A stretch of 64,000 bases of DNA from a virus, in IMG/VR virus record IMGVR_UViG_3300013286_000013, positions 9,189-73,188 of that record; one strand, 5' to 3'. Positions 18,650 to 27,235 of the stretch are shown piece by piece. Position 1 is the first letter of the stretch. Every line of letters starts with the position of its first letter. The position numbers and the translations under genes are program-made. The notes beneath the pieces were generated by a model. That model was not told where the DNA came from. It did no database searches and saw only the letters and a list, made by a program, of their open reading frames with translations.

Positions 18650-19095
18650 CTCAGTCTTACAGGATATGCTCGCACCGGCTTAAATCGGGTGCCTAGCGAC
18701 AACCGGATAATAACGGGGACGGAAGCCTCTGCGCTGTACAGAGCACTTATCAACCATCCTTGACAGGACGACGATCGCTATGCCGCGATTTTGATATTTG
18801 AATAGAGTGAATAAGAGCTAAAAGAGGGGAGAAAAACCCCGGACTTAACGTATATGTTAGCGTATGTATGTTAGGTTACCGTCATAAAAAGACGTAGCTA
18901 GGGGTACAGGATGACCGCCTCAGTAATGCTACAACGCTAAGTGACTTGCGTACTCAGATAATGCCAAGTGAACTTTACCCGGTTACCTGGGTTAAGTGTG
19001 ACCATTATATCTAGATAATACTTAAACATCTAAAGATGTTCTAGAAAATGCTCTGAGCGCAAGCGAAAGAGCAAGTGAACGCAGTTCACTTTTAG
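18650..19095 (+). ncRNA. Candidate large structured non-coding RNA, family not recognised
   Basis: Longest non-coding gap in the window; about 12 consecutive hairpins, including a 15-bp stem (18843-18876) with five G-U pairs that form only on the + strand. Confidence 0.6.
19073..19093 (+). terminator. Possible intrinsic terminator or stable GCA-triloop hairpin
   Basis: AAGTGAAC-GCA-GTTCACTT followed by TT. Confidence 0.45.
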
Positions 19096-19104
19096 CATTA
19101 AACA

Positions 19105-19110
19105 TAAATA
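19105..19110 (+). promoter_or_regulatory. Late promoter TAAATA
   Basis: CATAAATA upstream of SD GGAGA (19119-19123) and ATG 19132. Confidence 0.7.
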
Positions 19111-19131
19111 TTCTTGCTGGAGAATGCAAAA

Positions 19132-19824
19132 ATGAAAATAAGTGAATTAGTAATGGAAAGCCATAAACTTGATGAAGCTCCTATGGGCATGCTCAGTAAG
19201 TTTGGCAATAAAGTGATGAGTAAATTTGGTAGCGATACTTCTACTGGAAAGCTAAAGTCAGGTGATGTAGCTAATAAGTTATATTCAGCGTTCAATCAAT
19301 ATCTAGGTCAATCAGGACAACAGCCAACATGGCCTGTTGTTTCAAAATGGTTACAGTCAAACAAGTATCCTATCAAGATGGCACAGAAAGTAGTTCAAGG
19401 TGCCAAAGCAGATGCCGCCATTCCACAAGGGCCTAGCATGTTGGACAGAGCTAAATCTGGTGCTCGACAAGTTGGTAATAAGATTAAACAGGGTGCAGAG
19501 AAAGTAGCTAACTATGCTATGGACAAAGCTGGTGCTCCTGGAGAGTTTGCTGAAGGTAAAATTAGTGAAGCTACTGGTGCTCCACTAGATAAGAAAACAC
19601 TAGAGAAAGTGTTCATGGCGGCCGCTCAAGAAGCCGCAGTAGTTGTTCAACAACGTAAGCAAGGTGGTGGACAGCCTAATCAAAAAAATAACGGACAGCA
19701 ACAGCTATCTGTTCAACAAGGTGGTAAGAGTCAAGGTGGAGATGCTAAGTTGGCGCAACGTGTTAGCAACCTTGAAGCTGAAGTTGCCGCACTAAAAGGA
19801 TCTGGGGAACAAAACGCCGCTTAA
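19132..19824 (+). CDS. Late hypothetical protein, probable internal head protein
   Basis: Start moved to ATG 19132 (SD and promoter). N-terminal MKISELVMESHKLDEA contains I/L-x-E sites like those cut by gp21; Gln/Gly/Lys-rich. Confidence 0.6.
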   Translation: MKISELVMESHKLDEAPMGMLSKFGNKVMSKFGSDTSTGKLKSGDVANKLYSAFNQYLGQSGQQPTWPVVSKWLQSNKYPIKMAQKVVQGAKADAAIPQGPSMLDRAKSGARQVGNKIKQGAEKVANYAMDKAGAPGEFAEGKISEATGAPLDKKTLEKVFMAAAQEAAVVVQQRKQGGGQPNQKNNGQQQLSVQQGGKSQGGDAKLAQRVSNLEAEVAALKGSGEQNAA

Positions 19825-20050
19825 AAGAACGGCAAGCCGCTTTCTTTTGTAGTTTCTAGATTGCTTCTGATTATCTTAGACACTATCTCTCGATCTCCGC
19901 TATCCATCATATAGAGCTGGTCTATTGTTATCCCTCCTCGCATGTACCAACACATTTGATATAGATTATGTTTAATGGCTTCTATCTCTCGATCCATCTC
20001 TTGCACTAGGGCTAAGATCTTATCGTAGGGTAGAGCTAGAAGCCTTATAC
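19821..20050 (-). CDS. gp51-like hub/tail assembly chaperone segment, probably expressed as -1 frameshift extension of the upstream gene
   Basis: -1 frame is open from the slippery site through RIRLLALPYDKILALVQEMDRE..CWYMRGGIT..GLPFF; no SD before GTG 20006. Confidence 0.65.
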
Positions 20051-20920
20051 GAAAAAATTTGCTTCGTTAAACGTGAAAGGAACTTCGATAGTAGGCGGAG
20101 CGCCTTTTTCTAACATTTCCGGAGTACTTTGTATGGTCATTGGCTTTAATTGATTGTTTAAATTAAGAACTCCCAGTCTGTCCTTAATCTTTTCAAATAC
20201 TGCGCTGTCACATTTTTCAATAAACTCTGTAATAAATTCGGGATCTTCTACTACTCCTGCTATACTTTCTATCCTGTAAATAGCCTGACCAATTATGGTA
20301 ATTGTCTTGCTTGTGAGTTTTTGAAAGGCCGCTTGAAATGCCTTGATCTTGTCTTGTTCGGAAGTGTTGTCATCTTTGATAATACTGATTAATCTCTGCG
20401 TGTCAAATTCTCCTATCTGCGCATCAGTCTGACTACGATAGGTTAAAGGTTTAAGATAGACTACTAATTCTGGAGATATTTCAAATCTATCATCCCAATC
20501 AACTTGAGACTGCAGATTTTCTAAAACTTCGCGCACGTTAATTTCATAATCGGTATCGCCGTCAATAGTAGGATGTGTTATTTTCATAGTGAGCATTTCG
20601 CCATATGTAGCTAACCGCACGGCTACTAGAATAGTATCAAGATCAACCTGTGGGCAGTCCCAGGCATCAAGCACGTTGGGCATGCAACTGTGAATAATTT
20701 CTACCATAGCTTGACCGTTCATCAATGCATCTGGAGTTTTTAACAGGAGTTCATCGCGGGCTGTCATTGAAAACACAGGATATTCTCCGTTGACACTTAC
20801 ATTGAGACTGCCTTCTTTCCAATATTTGCCGTTGCTGGGTAACCTAATATAGATCTTGGGCTGTCTTAAAACGCTTAATAACGGATTAATTCTTACTGCT
20901 GGTTGGGTAATTTCTGTCAT
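20045..20920 (-). CDS. Baseplate hub assembly chaperone, gp26-like
   Basis: RQPKIYIRLPSNGKYW..MTARDELLLKTPDALMNG..DLDTILVAVRLATYGE; ends NFFV; SD GGAG upstream. Confidence 0.75.
   Translation of the reverse strand: MTEITQPAVRINPLLSVLRQPKIYIRLPSNGKYWKEGSLNVSVNGEYPVFSMTARDELLLKTPDALMNGQAMVEIIHSCMPNVLDAWDCPQVDLDTILVAVRLATYGEMLTMKITHPTIDGDTDYEINVREVLENLQSQVDWDDRFEISPELVVYLKPLTYRSQTDAQIGEFDTQRLISIIKDDNTSEQDKIKAFQAAFQKLTSKTITIIGQAIYRIESIAGVVEDPEFITEFIEKCDSAVFEKIKDRLGVLNLNNQLKPMTIQSTPEMLEKGAPPTIEVPFTFNEANFFV
20051..20060 (-). other. Putative programmed -1 frameshift slippery site AAATTTTTTC
   Basis: Two overlapping in-frame X XXY YYZ heptamers (A AAT TTT and T TTT TTC) just before GTA TAA. Confidence 0.7.
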
Positions 20921-20933
20921 TTCTGCACTCCGA

Positions 20934-20965
20934 TAAATAATATGGCAATCTGATACACTTATTTA
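20934..20965. promoter_or_regulatory. Face-to-face late promoters (+ 20934-20939; - 20960-20965)
   Basis: GATAAATAA on both strands in the 74-nt gap between the gp26-like and tape measure genes. Confidence 0.65.
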
Positions 20966-20994
20966 TCTACGCACATATCCAGGAAATTTAAACC

Positions 20995-23421
20995 ATGGCA
21001 GGAAAAGAAACAGTCAAAGGTACGTTTGGCAATGAGCCAATAGAGCTTAATAATGCCGCGAGCGAAGCTACGCTTTATGCCATGTTAAAAATAGCACAGA
21101 AAGATAGTGCTGTACTTGCAGAAATGGCCAAGAAGGCAGGTATTGATAGTAAAAAAATTCAAGAGTCTTTAGACAAACAATCAGACGGTGGCGGCGGTAG
21201 CAAAGGTGGTGGATTAGGATTGTTAGGTGGCGCCGCAAATTTAGCAGGTGGCTTCTTAATGGACATGGTAGGAAGCATAGGAAAGACTATTGGTAACCTG
21301 GCTAACTTTAGTCAGAGCTTGATGGACGGCACTGCAAGAGCCAGTGATTTTTTCAAAGCCTTTAGCGGTCTGCCATTAGGGCTAGGACTGCTCGCAGATG
21401 CATTGGCATTTTCTCAAAAGTTTTTTGAAAAACAAATAGACACCTATAGGATAATAAGTCAGACAGGTGCAGGTCTATCTAGCAGTCTAGGAGGACTACG
21501 CATACAGGCGCTTAATCTTGGGCTGAGTATGGACGAGTTTGGAGCCATGTTTGCAAAAAATCAACGTGCATTAGGACAGCTTGGCGGCAAGTCAATGGAA
21601 ACTGCAAAAAATTTAGTAGCAATTAATAATGCATTAGTTAATAGTCAAATGGGAAGAAATTTAGCAGGACTTGGGTATACCTTTAGTGAGCTCAATGGTC
21701 TCATAGGAGATTATCTAGCTGTTACAGCAGACGGTGTAAGAATCAATCATGATTCGGGCAGTGAGCAGAGAAGATTGGCCAAGGCCGCTGGGGAGTATGG
21801 CAAGGAACTTGATTTCCTTGCCAGACTAACAGGTGAAAGTAGAGAAGCTATTCAAAAGAAAATGGAAGCAGATAATCAAGAAGCCAGCTGGCAATTATAC
21901 CTTACAAGTCTAGGACCTGAAATGCAAAAACAAGCTACGGAAGCTATTGCTCGTGCCAGACTGATGGGAGGTAAAGGCGGTGTTGATGCTATTAAATCTA
22001 TGTTTATGGGATTTGCGGGACCGTTCAGCCAAGAAGGTCAGTTTTATGTTTCTACCATGCACGGAGGAACACAAGCACTGAAAGGAATGGTTGCCGCAAT
22101 TAAAAGCGGGCAATCAAGTGAAATAGTTAGCACTCAAATTAATAAACTTTTTGCGCAAGGCATGGCAAGCAATATCAAAGACGTAGATAGATTCAGACAT
22201 ACTATATATGCGGCTGGCCAAGGCGGCGCAGAAAGCGCCAAGGCTTTCTTAGAATTAGTCGAAGCGCAGAAAAATTTTAGGAATCAAGGAAAATTTGCGG
22301 AAGCAGATATTTTGAAGTCTATTATTGCTACTCAAAAAAAAGCCGCAGCCGATGCAGATGCGGCTAAAGGACAAGCCGAAACAGACAAGCAGATGAAGGC
22401 TTTAGGAGCAACATTAACAACTGCATTACTACCTGCTTTATCTAGACTTAGTACAGTTGGCCTGAGTTTAATAAGCAGATTTACTGAGTTTATTAAATCG
22501 GAAGGTGTTATGGACAAGATTAAGAAAGCCGCTAACATATTAGCTGAATTTATAGAAAATTTATTCAATGACGCTGGAAGAGAAAAAATATTAAATGATT
22601 TCAAGTACATGATGAAATTGATGTTGATAGAGATCAAGTATGCATTGAACTTGTTTTATACAAAAGGTGATGCGGCGGCCGAAAGAGCAGAATTAGATAG
22701 ACAAAAAAAGATTATAGATCTAACTGCTCAAAAAGAAAGATTAGCAAACGAAGCAAAGATCCTACAAGAAAAAATGCTTATTGTGCAGAAAAATGATGCT
22801 AAAAAGTTTGACGAACAAATCAAACTAAGAGAGAAACATATCTCAAGTATCGAAAACGACGGAAAATTAGAGGAAGCAGTTAAACAAGAAAGAATTCAAA
22901 AAATTCGTGACGAGATACGTGAATTAGAAGATAAAAAAGAAGCCGCTGGAAAACTCAAAGCACCAGAACTGGCCGCCCAAATAGAACAAAATAGTAAAGA
23001 TTTATCTAAAACTACAGAAGAACTTGACAAGCTATTAGCAGAAAAAAATAAAGTGGAGAAGGCAAAAGCTGATAGAGCTAGAGATGCTAAGGAATCTGAA
23101 AACAATATGCCTGGCCCTATCCGTCCAACATTTGCTTCGGGTACATTAGGATCAGGAAAATTGATACAGAATTTTGGTAGAGAAACTATAGCATCCCTGC
23201 ACGGAAAAGAAGCCGTATTAAATGAAGAGCAACTAACAAATCTAGCTAAAGGTGTCCAGCAATCTTCTCCACAGATAAATTTAGACGGCCTAGATGTGCT
23301 GGCAGAAGGCATAATTACATTAAATAGAACTACAGCAATGCAGAATAAGATACTCGGTACTATTGCCGACAATCAGCGTACAATGATCAACCGGGCAACC
23401 GGAAATAGACTAATGGCATAA
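20995..23421 (+). CDS. Tape measure protein
   Basis: 808 aa, Ala/Gly-rich helical and coiled-coil; C-terminal FASGTLG..FGRETIASLHGKEAVL motif common in tape measure C-termini; adjacent to chaperone pair. Confidence 0.75.
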   Translation: MAGKETVKGTFGNEPIELNNAASEATLYAMLKIAQKDSAVLAEMAKKAGIDSKKIQESLDKQSDGGGGSKGGGLGLLGGAANLAGGFLMDMVGSIGKTIGNLANFSQSLMDGTARASDFFKAFSGLPLGLGLLADALAFSQKFFEKQIDTYRIISQTGAGLSSSLGGLRIQALNLGLSMDEFGAMFAKNQRALGQLGGKSMETAKNLVAINNALVNSQMGRNLAGLGYTFSELNGLIGDYLAVTADGVRINHDSGSEQRRLAKAAGEYGKELDFLARLTGESREAIQKKMEADNQEASWQLYLTSLGPEMQKQATEAIARARLMGGKGGVDAIKSMFMGFAGPFSQEGQFYVSTMHGGTQALKGMVAAIKSGQSSEIVSTQINKLFAQGMASNIKDVDRFRHTIYAAGQGGAESAKAFLELVEAQKNFRNQGKFAEADILKSIIATQKKAAADADAAKGQAETDKQMKALGATLTTALLPALSRLSTVGLSLISRFTEFIKSEGVMDKIKKAANILAEFIENLFNDAGREKILNDFKYMMKLMLIEIKYALNLFYTKGDAAAERAELDRQKKIIDLTAQKERLANEAKILQEKMLIVQKNDAKKFDEQIKLREKHISSIENDGKLEEAVKQERIQKIRDEIRELEDKKEAAGKLKAPELAAQIEQNSKDLSKTTEELDKLLAEKNKVEKAKADRARDAKESENNMPGPIRPTFASGTLGSGKLIQNFGRETIASLHGKEAVLNEEQLTNLAKGVQQSSPQINLDGLDVLAEGIITLNRTTAMQNKILGTIADNQRTMINRATGNRLMA

Positions 23422-23427
23422 TAACAT

Positions 23428-25167
23428 ATGAGTTGGAAAAAATACTTTACACCAGTTTCGACAGGTAACTTTGGCCCCATTAGCGGCCAGTCAGGTGCAA
23501 GTCCTCAACGTGCAAACTACAGCAGTTACCTGCCTGACGTTTACACAGGGCATCCCAACAGACTAGAACGTTATAGGCAATACGATACAATGGACGGTGA
23601 CTCGGAAGTCAACGCGGCCCTAGACATTCTAGCAGAATTTTGCTCACAGATCAACGATGAAAACGGAACACCGTTTGAACTTGATTTTAAAGATCAAGCA
23701 ACTCCTACAGAAATCAAGATCCTTAAAAAGTATCTACAGCAGTGGACTAAACTAAACCTATTTCAAAAGCGCATCTTTAAAGTGGTACGCAACGTATTCA
23801 AGTACGGCGACAGCTTTTTCATTCGCGATCCAGAAACACAGGCATGGGTCTATGTGGATCCTGCTAAGGTTGATCGTATAATTGTCAATGAAAGCGAAGG
23901 CAAGAAACCTGAGCAGTATGTTATCCGTGACCTAAACATTAACCTACAATCGCTAACAGCAACCAGTATCAATCCCAGTAATCAAAACAGCGGCATGGGC
24001 GGTGGTTCATCGTTTGGTACAGCCAATGCCGGCGGCTCACGCGGTATGGTAGGCGGTGCTACTCCAAATGCTGGTAACCGTTTCCAAATGAATCAAAATC
24101 AACATCCTGTTGATGCAAAGCACGTTATTCACATTAGTCTGTCAGAAGGTCTAGACAACAATTTTCCTTTTGGAAACAGTCTTTTAGAGAGCATTTTCAA
24201 GGTATATAAGCAGAAAGAACTACTGGAAGATGCCATTATCATCTATCGTATACAGCGAGCTCCAGAGCGCAGAGTATTCTATATTGATGTGGGTAACATG
24301 CCAAGCCACTTGGCCATGGGCTTTGTTGAACGTGTTAAAAACGAAATTAATCAAAGACGTATTCCTAGTCTAACCGGCGGCGGCACTAACCTAATTGACA
24401 GCAGTTACAATCCATTATCAATCAACGAAGACTACTTCTTTCCGCAGACAGCAGAAGGTCGTGGATCAAAAGTTGATGTGCTACCTGGCGGCACAAACCT
24501 AGGAGAAATTGATGATCTGCGTTATTTTACCAATAAGTTATTTCGTGCTCTACGCATACCTAGTTCTTATCTACCTACCGGCTCTGACGACGGAGGAAGC
24601 AATTTCAATGATGGACGTGTTGGAACAGCATACATACAGGAGTTGAGATTCAACAAGTATTGTGAACGACTACAGAGTCTAATGAACTCGGCCTTTGATC
24701 AAGAATTTAAAACTTATCTCTATTCAAAAGGCATCAACATTGATCCTAACCTGTTCGATGTTACATTTAATCCTCCACAAAACTTTGCAAGTTATCGTCA
24801 AGCAGAGATGGACGGAGTACGTATTAACACATTTGGCAGCATTGTTGCGCTACCCTTTATCAGCAAACGCTATGCACTAAAACGCTTCTTGGGACTTAAA
24901 CAAGAAGAGATTGCAGAGAATCAAGAGATGTGGGAAGAAGAAAACATTGACAAGACTAAACCTATTTCAGCTTCTGCAGAACTACGTTCTGCGGGCATTA
25001 CAGCAGGCGGTATGGGTGGTGATATGGATAGCCTAGGACAATCAGATCCGGGTACTCCAGAGATGCAGGGCGCAGATGAGACTGGCGGAGCAGGCAATGC
25101 CGCAATGGCTCCTAGTGCAGGATCAGCAGGCGGTGGTGGCAGCGGAGCACCTCAAGGCCCGATGTAA
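23428..25167 (+). CDS. Portal vertex protein, gp20-like
   Basis: LLEDAIIIYRIQRAPERRVFYIDVGNMP, EDYFFP...GRGSKVDVLPGG.NLGEIDDLRYF.NKLFRALRIPSS. Confidence 0.96.
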   Translation: MSWKKYFTPVSTGNFGPISGQSGASPQRANYSSYLPDVYTGHPNRLERYRQYDTMDGDSEVNAALDILAEFCSQINDENGTPFELDFKDQATPTEIKILKKYLQQWTKLNLFQKRIFKVVRNVFKYGDSFFIRDPETQAWVYVDPAKVDRIIVNESEGKKPEQYVIRDLNINLQSLTATSINPSNQNSGMGGGSSFGTANAGGSRGMVGGATPNAGNRFQMNQNQHPVDAKHVIHISLSEGLDNNFPFGNSLLESIFKVYKQKELLEDAIIIYRIQRAPERRVFYIDVGNMPSHLAMGFVERVKNEINQRRIPSLTGGGTNLIDSSYNPLSINEDYFFPQTAEGRGSKVDVLPGGTNLGEIDDLRYFTNKLFRALRIPSSYLPTGSDDGGSNFNDGRVGTAYIQELRFNKYCERLQSLMNSAFDQEFKTYLYSKGINIDPNLFDVTFNPPQNFASYRQAEMDGVRINTFGSIVALPFISKRYALKRFLGLKQEEIAENQEMWEEENIDKTKPISASAELRSAGITAGGMGGDMDSLGQSDPGTPEMQGADETGGAGNAAMAPSAGSAGGGGSGAPQGPM

Positions 25168-25172
25168 TTTGG

Positions 25173-25178
25173 TAAATA
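25173..25178 (+). promoter_or_regulatory. Late promoter TAAATA, 5 nt before ATG 25184
   Basis: TAAATA-TAGAC-ATG; no SD. Confidence 0.65.
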
Positions 25179-25183
25179 TAGAC

Positions 25184-25435
25184 ATGCTATTAAACGAATT
25201 CATTTACTTTAGTCCTGAGCAAGAGGAGATGTCCGACAAGGGTCGCTACGATCCGTTGGACGATAAAACATCAGTCCTACACGATAAAGACACTCGCAAA
25301 ACTCGCTTGACACTGGGCATGATAAATGATCTGCGCAGGGCAAGTGAAGCAAGAGATCGTGAAACCAAAGAGAATCTAATAGTAGTACGCCAGATGTATG
25401 CAATGCCAACTGAAGAAGGTGCCGCTCCGGCATAA
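25184..25435 (+). CDS. Small head-module protein (83 aa)
   Basis: Start moved to ATG 25184 (MLLNEFIYF..DTRKTRLTLGMINDLRR..VRQMYA) to avoid overlap with portal; lies between portal and core genes. Confidence 0.7.
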   Translation: MLLNEFIYFSPEQEEMSDKGRYDPLDDKTSVLHDKDTRKTRLTLGMINDLRRASEARDRETKENLIVVRQMYAMPTEEGAAPA

Positions 25436-25439
25436 AATA

Positions 25440-25611
25440 AACTTGTAGTTTAATTCAAAAAGATACAAGTTAAATATTTTAAACAAAATTCAATACAAAC
25501 TTAGAAAGATAATAACTAAGTTTCGTCACCAAATGCCAAAAAGACTCGTTTTTGGCCTATTTCCCATAATTAATATAGGTGAGCATTAAATATGCTTATA
25601 TATTATTCACC
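25440..25611. repeat. AT-rich cluster of inverted repeats containing two TAAATA motifs
   Basis: AACTTGTA/TACAAGTT, AAACTTAG/CTAAGTTT, GCCAAAAA/TTTTTGGC, CCTAT/ATAGG, AGCAT/ATGCT; TAAATA at 25471 and 25587. Confidence 0.7.
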
Positions 25612-25640
25612 CCTTGACAAACCAACAGGAGAAACCCGCA

Positions 25641-26579
25641 ATGAATAAATTCGAACAACTATTAGACTATATCGTAAACGAGGAAAAGGACAAAGCTGAA
25701 GAGCTATTCCATGAAATCGTAGTAGAAAAGTCACGTGATATCTACGAAAACTTGATCGCTGAAGAAGCAACATGCGATGCCTGCCACAAAGATCCATGCG
25801 AATGTGACGATGACAAAGAAGAAAAAGAAGATGACGAAAGCGTAGAAGAAGCTTTTGGCATGGAAGACGAAGGCGAAGAAATGGGTGGCGATGCTACTGA
25901 TGATTTCACAGCTGACACAGCAGATACAGATGGACCAGGCGCTGAAGAAGACGGCGAAGAAGCTGGCGACATCGACGGTGACGGTACTCCAGCAACTGCT
26001 GATGATGTACAAGATCTAGCTGACGCTCTAGAAGAATTGAAAGCAGAATTTGCTAAATTGATGTCCGGCGAAAAACATGAGGAAGAAGAAGATCCAGATG
26101 TACATGGCGGCGCACTAGACGACATGGACGCAGGCGACGAAGAAGAAGATGACGAAGAAGATGAAGAAAAAAATCCTTTTGAATCACGTCAAATGACACG
26201 CGAATATCGTGAAACAGTAGCAAAACCAAGCAATACAGAAGCTGGTGATGGCAAATCTGGTCCGATCAACGCAAACCCAAAGAACCGTCCAAGCGGCGGC
26301 AATGTGAGCGCACATAACATTGCTCAAGGCCAAACTGCAAGTGATTCAAATATCAAAGGCGGCGAAGGTTTAGTTGGTGGTATCAAAGGCAAGTTTACAA
26401 GCCCAAATACACACAACGTTGACGGTGTTAAGTCTGGTATCAAAACAGTAACCAAGCAAGGTGCTGGTTATCCAGGTAACAACAAGACAGCAGGTCCAGT
26501 AGGATCTGGTACAGGCGACAAAGCTGGTCAAACATCAGTTGGTAGCCCTAAGTCAGTTGTTGACCACAAACAAGGTTAA
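25641..26579 (+). CDS. Acidic prohead core/scaffold-like protein
   Basis: ATG 25641 follows SD AGGAGA; very Asp/Glu-rich N-terminal two-thirds, Gly/Lys-rich tail; between portal and protease like T4 gp67/gp68. Confidence 0.65.
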   Translation: MNKFEQLLDYIVNEEKDKAEELFHEIVVEKSRDIYENLIAEEATCDACHKDPCECDDDKEEKEDDESVEEAFGMEDEGEEMGGDATDDFTADTADTDGPGAEEDGEEAGDIDGDGTPATADDVQDLADALEELKAEFAKLMSGEKHEEEEDPDVHGGALDDMDAGDEEEDDEEDEEKNPFESRQMTREYRETVAKPSNTEAGDGKSGPINANPKNRPSGGNVSAHNIAQGQTASDSNIKGGEGLVGGIKGKFTSPNTHNVDGVKSGIKTVTKQGAGYPGNNKTAGPVGSGTGDKAGQTSVGSPKSVVDHKQG

Positions 26580-26586
26580 TAAGTAG

Positions 26587-27225
26587 GTGACTACTAGGAT
26601 GCAATTTTTACGAGAACACCTTAGCTTTGACCAAGCTAATGCGGTCGTAGAGAGCGACGACAAAGACGGCAAGAGCCTTTATCTAAAAGGCATTGCTATC
26701 CAAGGCGGTATTCGCAATCAGAACCAGCGGGTTTATCCAGTCAAGGAAATCGAAATCGCTGTAAAGACTCTCAACGATCAAATTCAGAATGGTTATAGTG
26801 TTCTTGGAGAAGTTGATCATCCAGATGACCTCAAAGTAAATTTAGACCGTGTGTCCCATATGATTACTCAAATGTGGATGGAAGGTCCGAACGGATATGG
26901 CAAAATGAAAATTTTGCCTACTCCAATGGGACAACTAATTCGTGTCATGCTTGAAAGCGGAGTAAAACTAGGTGTTAGTTCGAGAGGCAGCGGTAACGTT
27001 GACGATCGTTCTGGCAATGTTTCCGAGTTTGAGATTATCACAGTTGATATAGTTGCTCAACCAAGCGCACCTGGTGCGTATCCAACACCCGTTTATGAGC
27101 ATATTATGAACGCTCGTGGAGGATATCGTGCATTACAGGTAGCTAAAGAAGTGAAAGAAGATCCTAGGGCACAGAAGCATCTCCATCAGGCGATGTTGAG
27201 TATTATCAGTGGCCTTAAAGCCTAA
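26587..27225 (+). CDS. Prohead protease, gp21-like
   Basis: NQNQRVYP, LGEVDHP, LGVSSRGSG, ITVDIVAQPSAPGAY. Start may be ATG 26599. Confidence 0.95.
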   Translation: MTTRMQFLREHLSFDQANAVVESDDKDGKSLYLKGIAIQGGIRNQNQRVYPVKEIEIAVKTLNDQIQNGYSVLGEVDHPDDLKVNLDRVSHMITQMWMEGPNGYGKMKILPTPMGQLIRVMLESGVKLGVSSRGSGNVDDRSGNVSEFEIITVDIVAQPSAPGAYPTPVYEHIMNARGGYRALQVAKEVKEDPRAQKHLHQAMLSIISGLKA

Positions 27226-27235
27226 GGAGAAATAA

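Noticed and set aside
18650-19095. tRNA, tmRNA, RNase P, group I/II intron or CRISPR/TIGR array interpretation of the non-coding gap
   Set aside because: No T-loop GTTCGA or CCA end, no GAGGAAAGTCC, no group I P7 or group II domain V motif, no interrupted flanking gene and no regularly spaced repeats.
25076-25640. Track starts at 25076 and 25614 (also 19114 and 30223)
   Set aside because: Downstream ATGs at 25184, 25641, 19132 and 30241 fit promoter, SD or terminator positions better and avoid overlaps.
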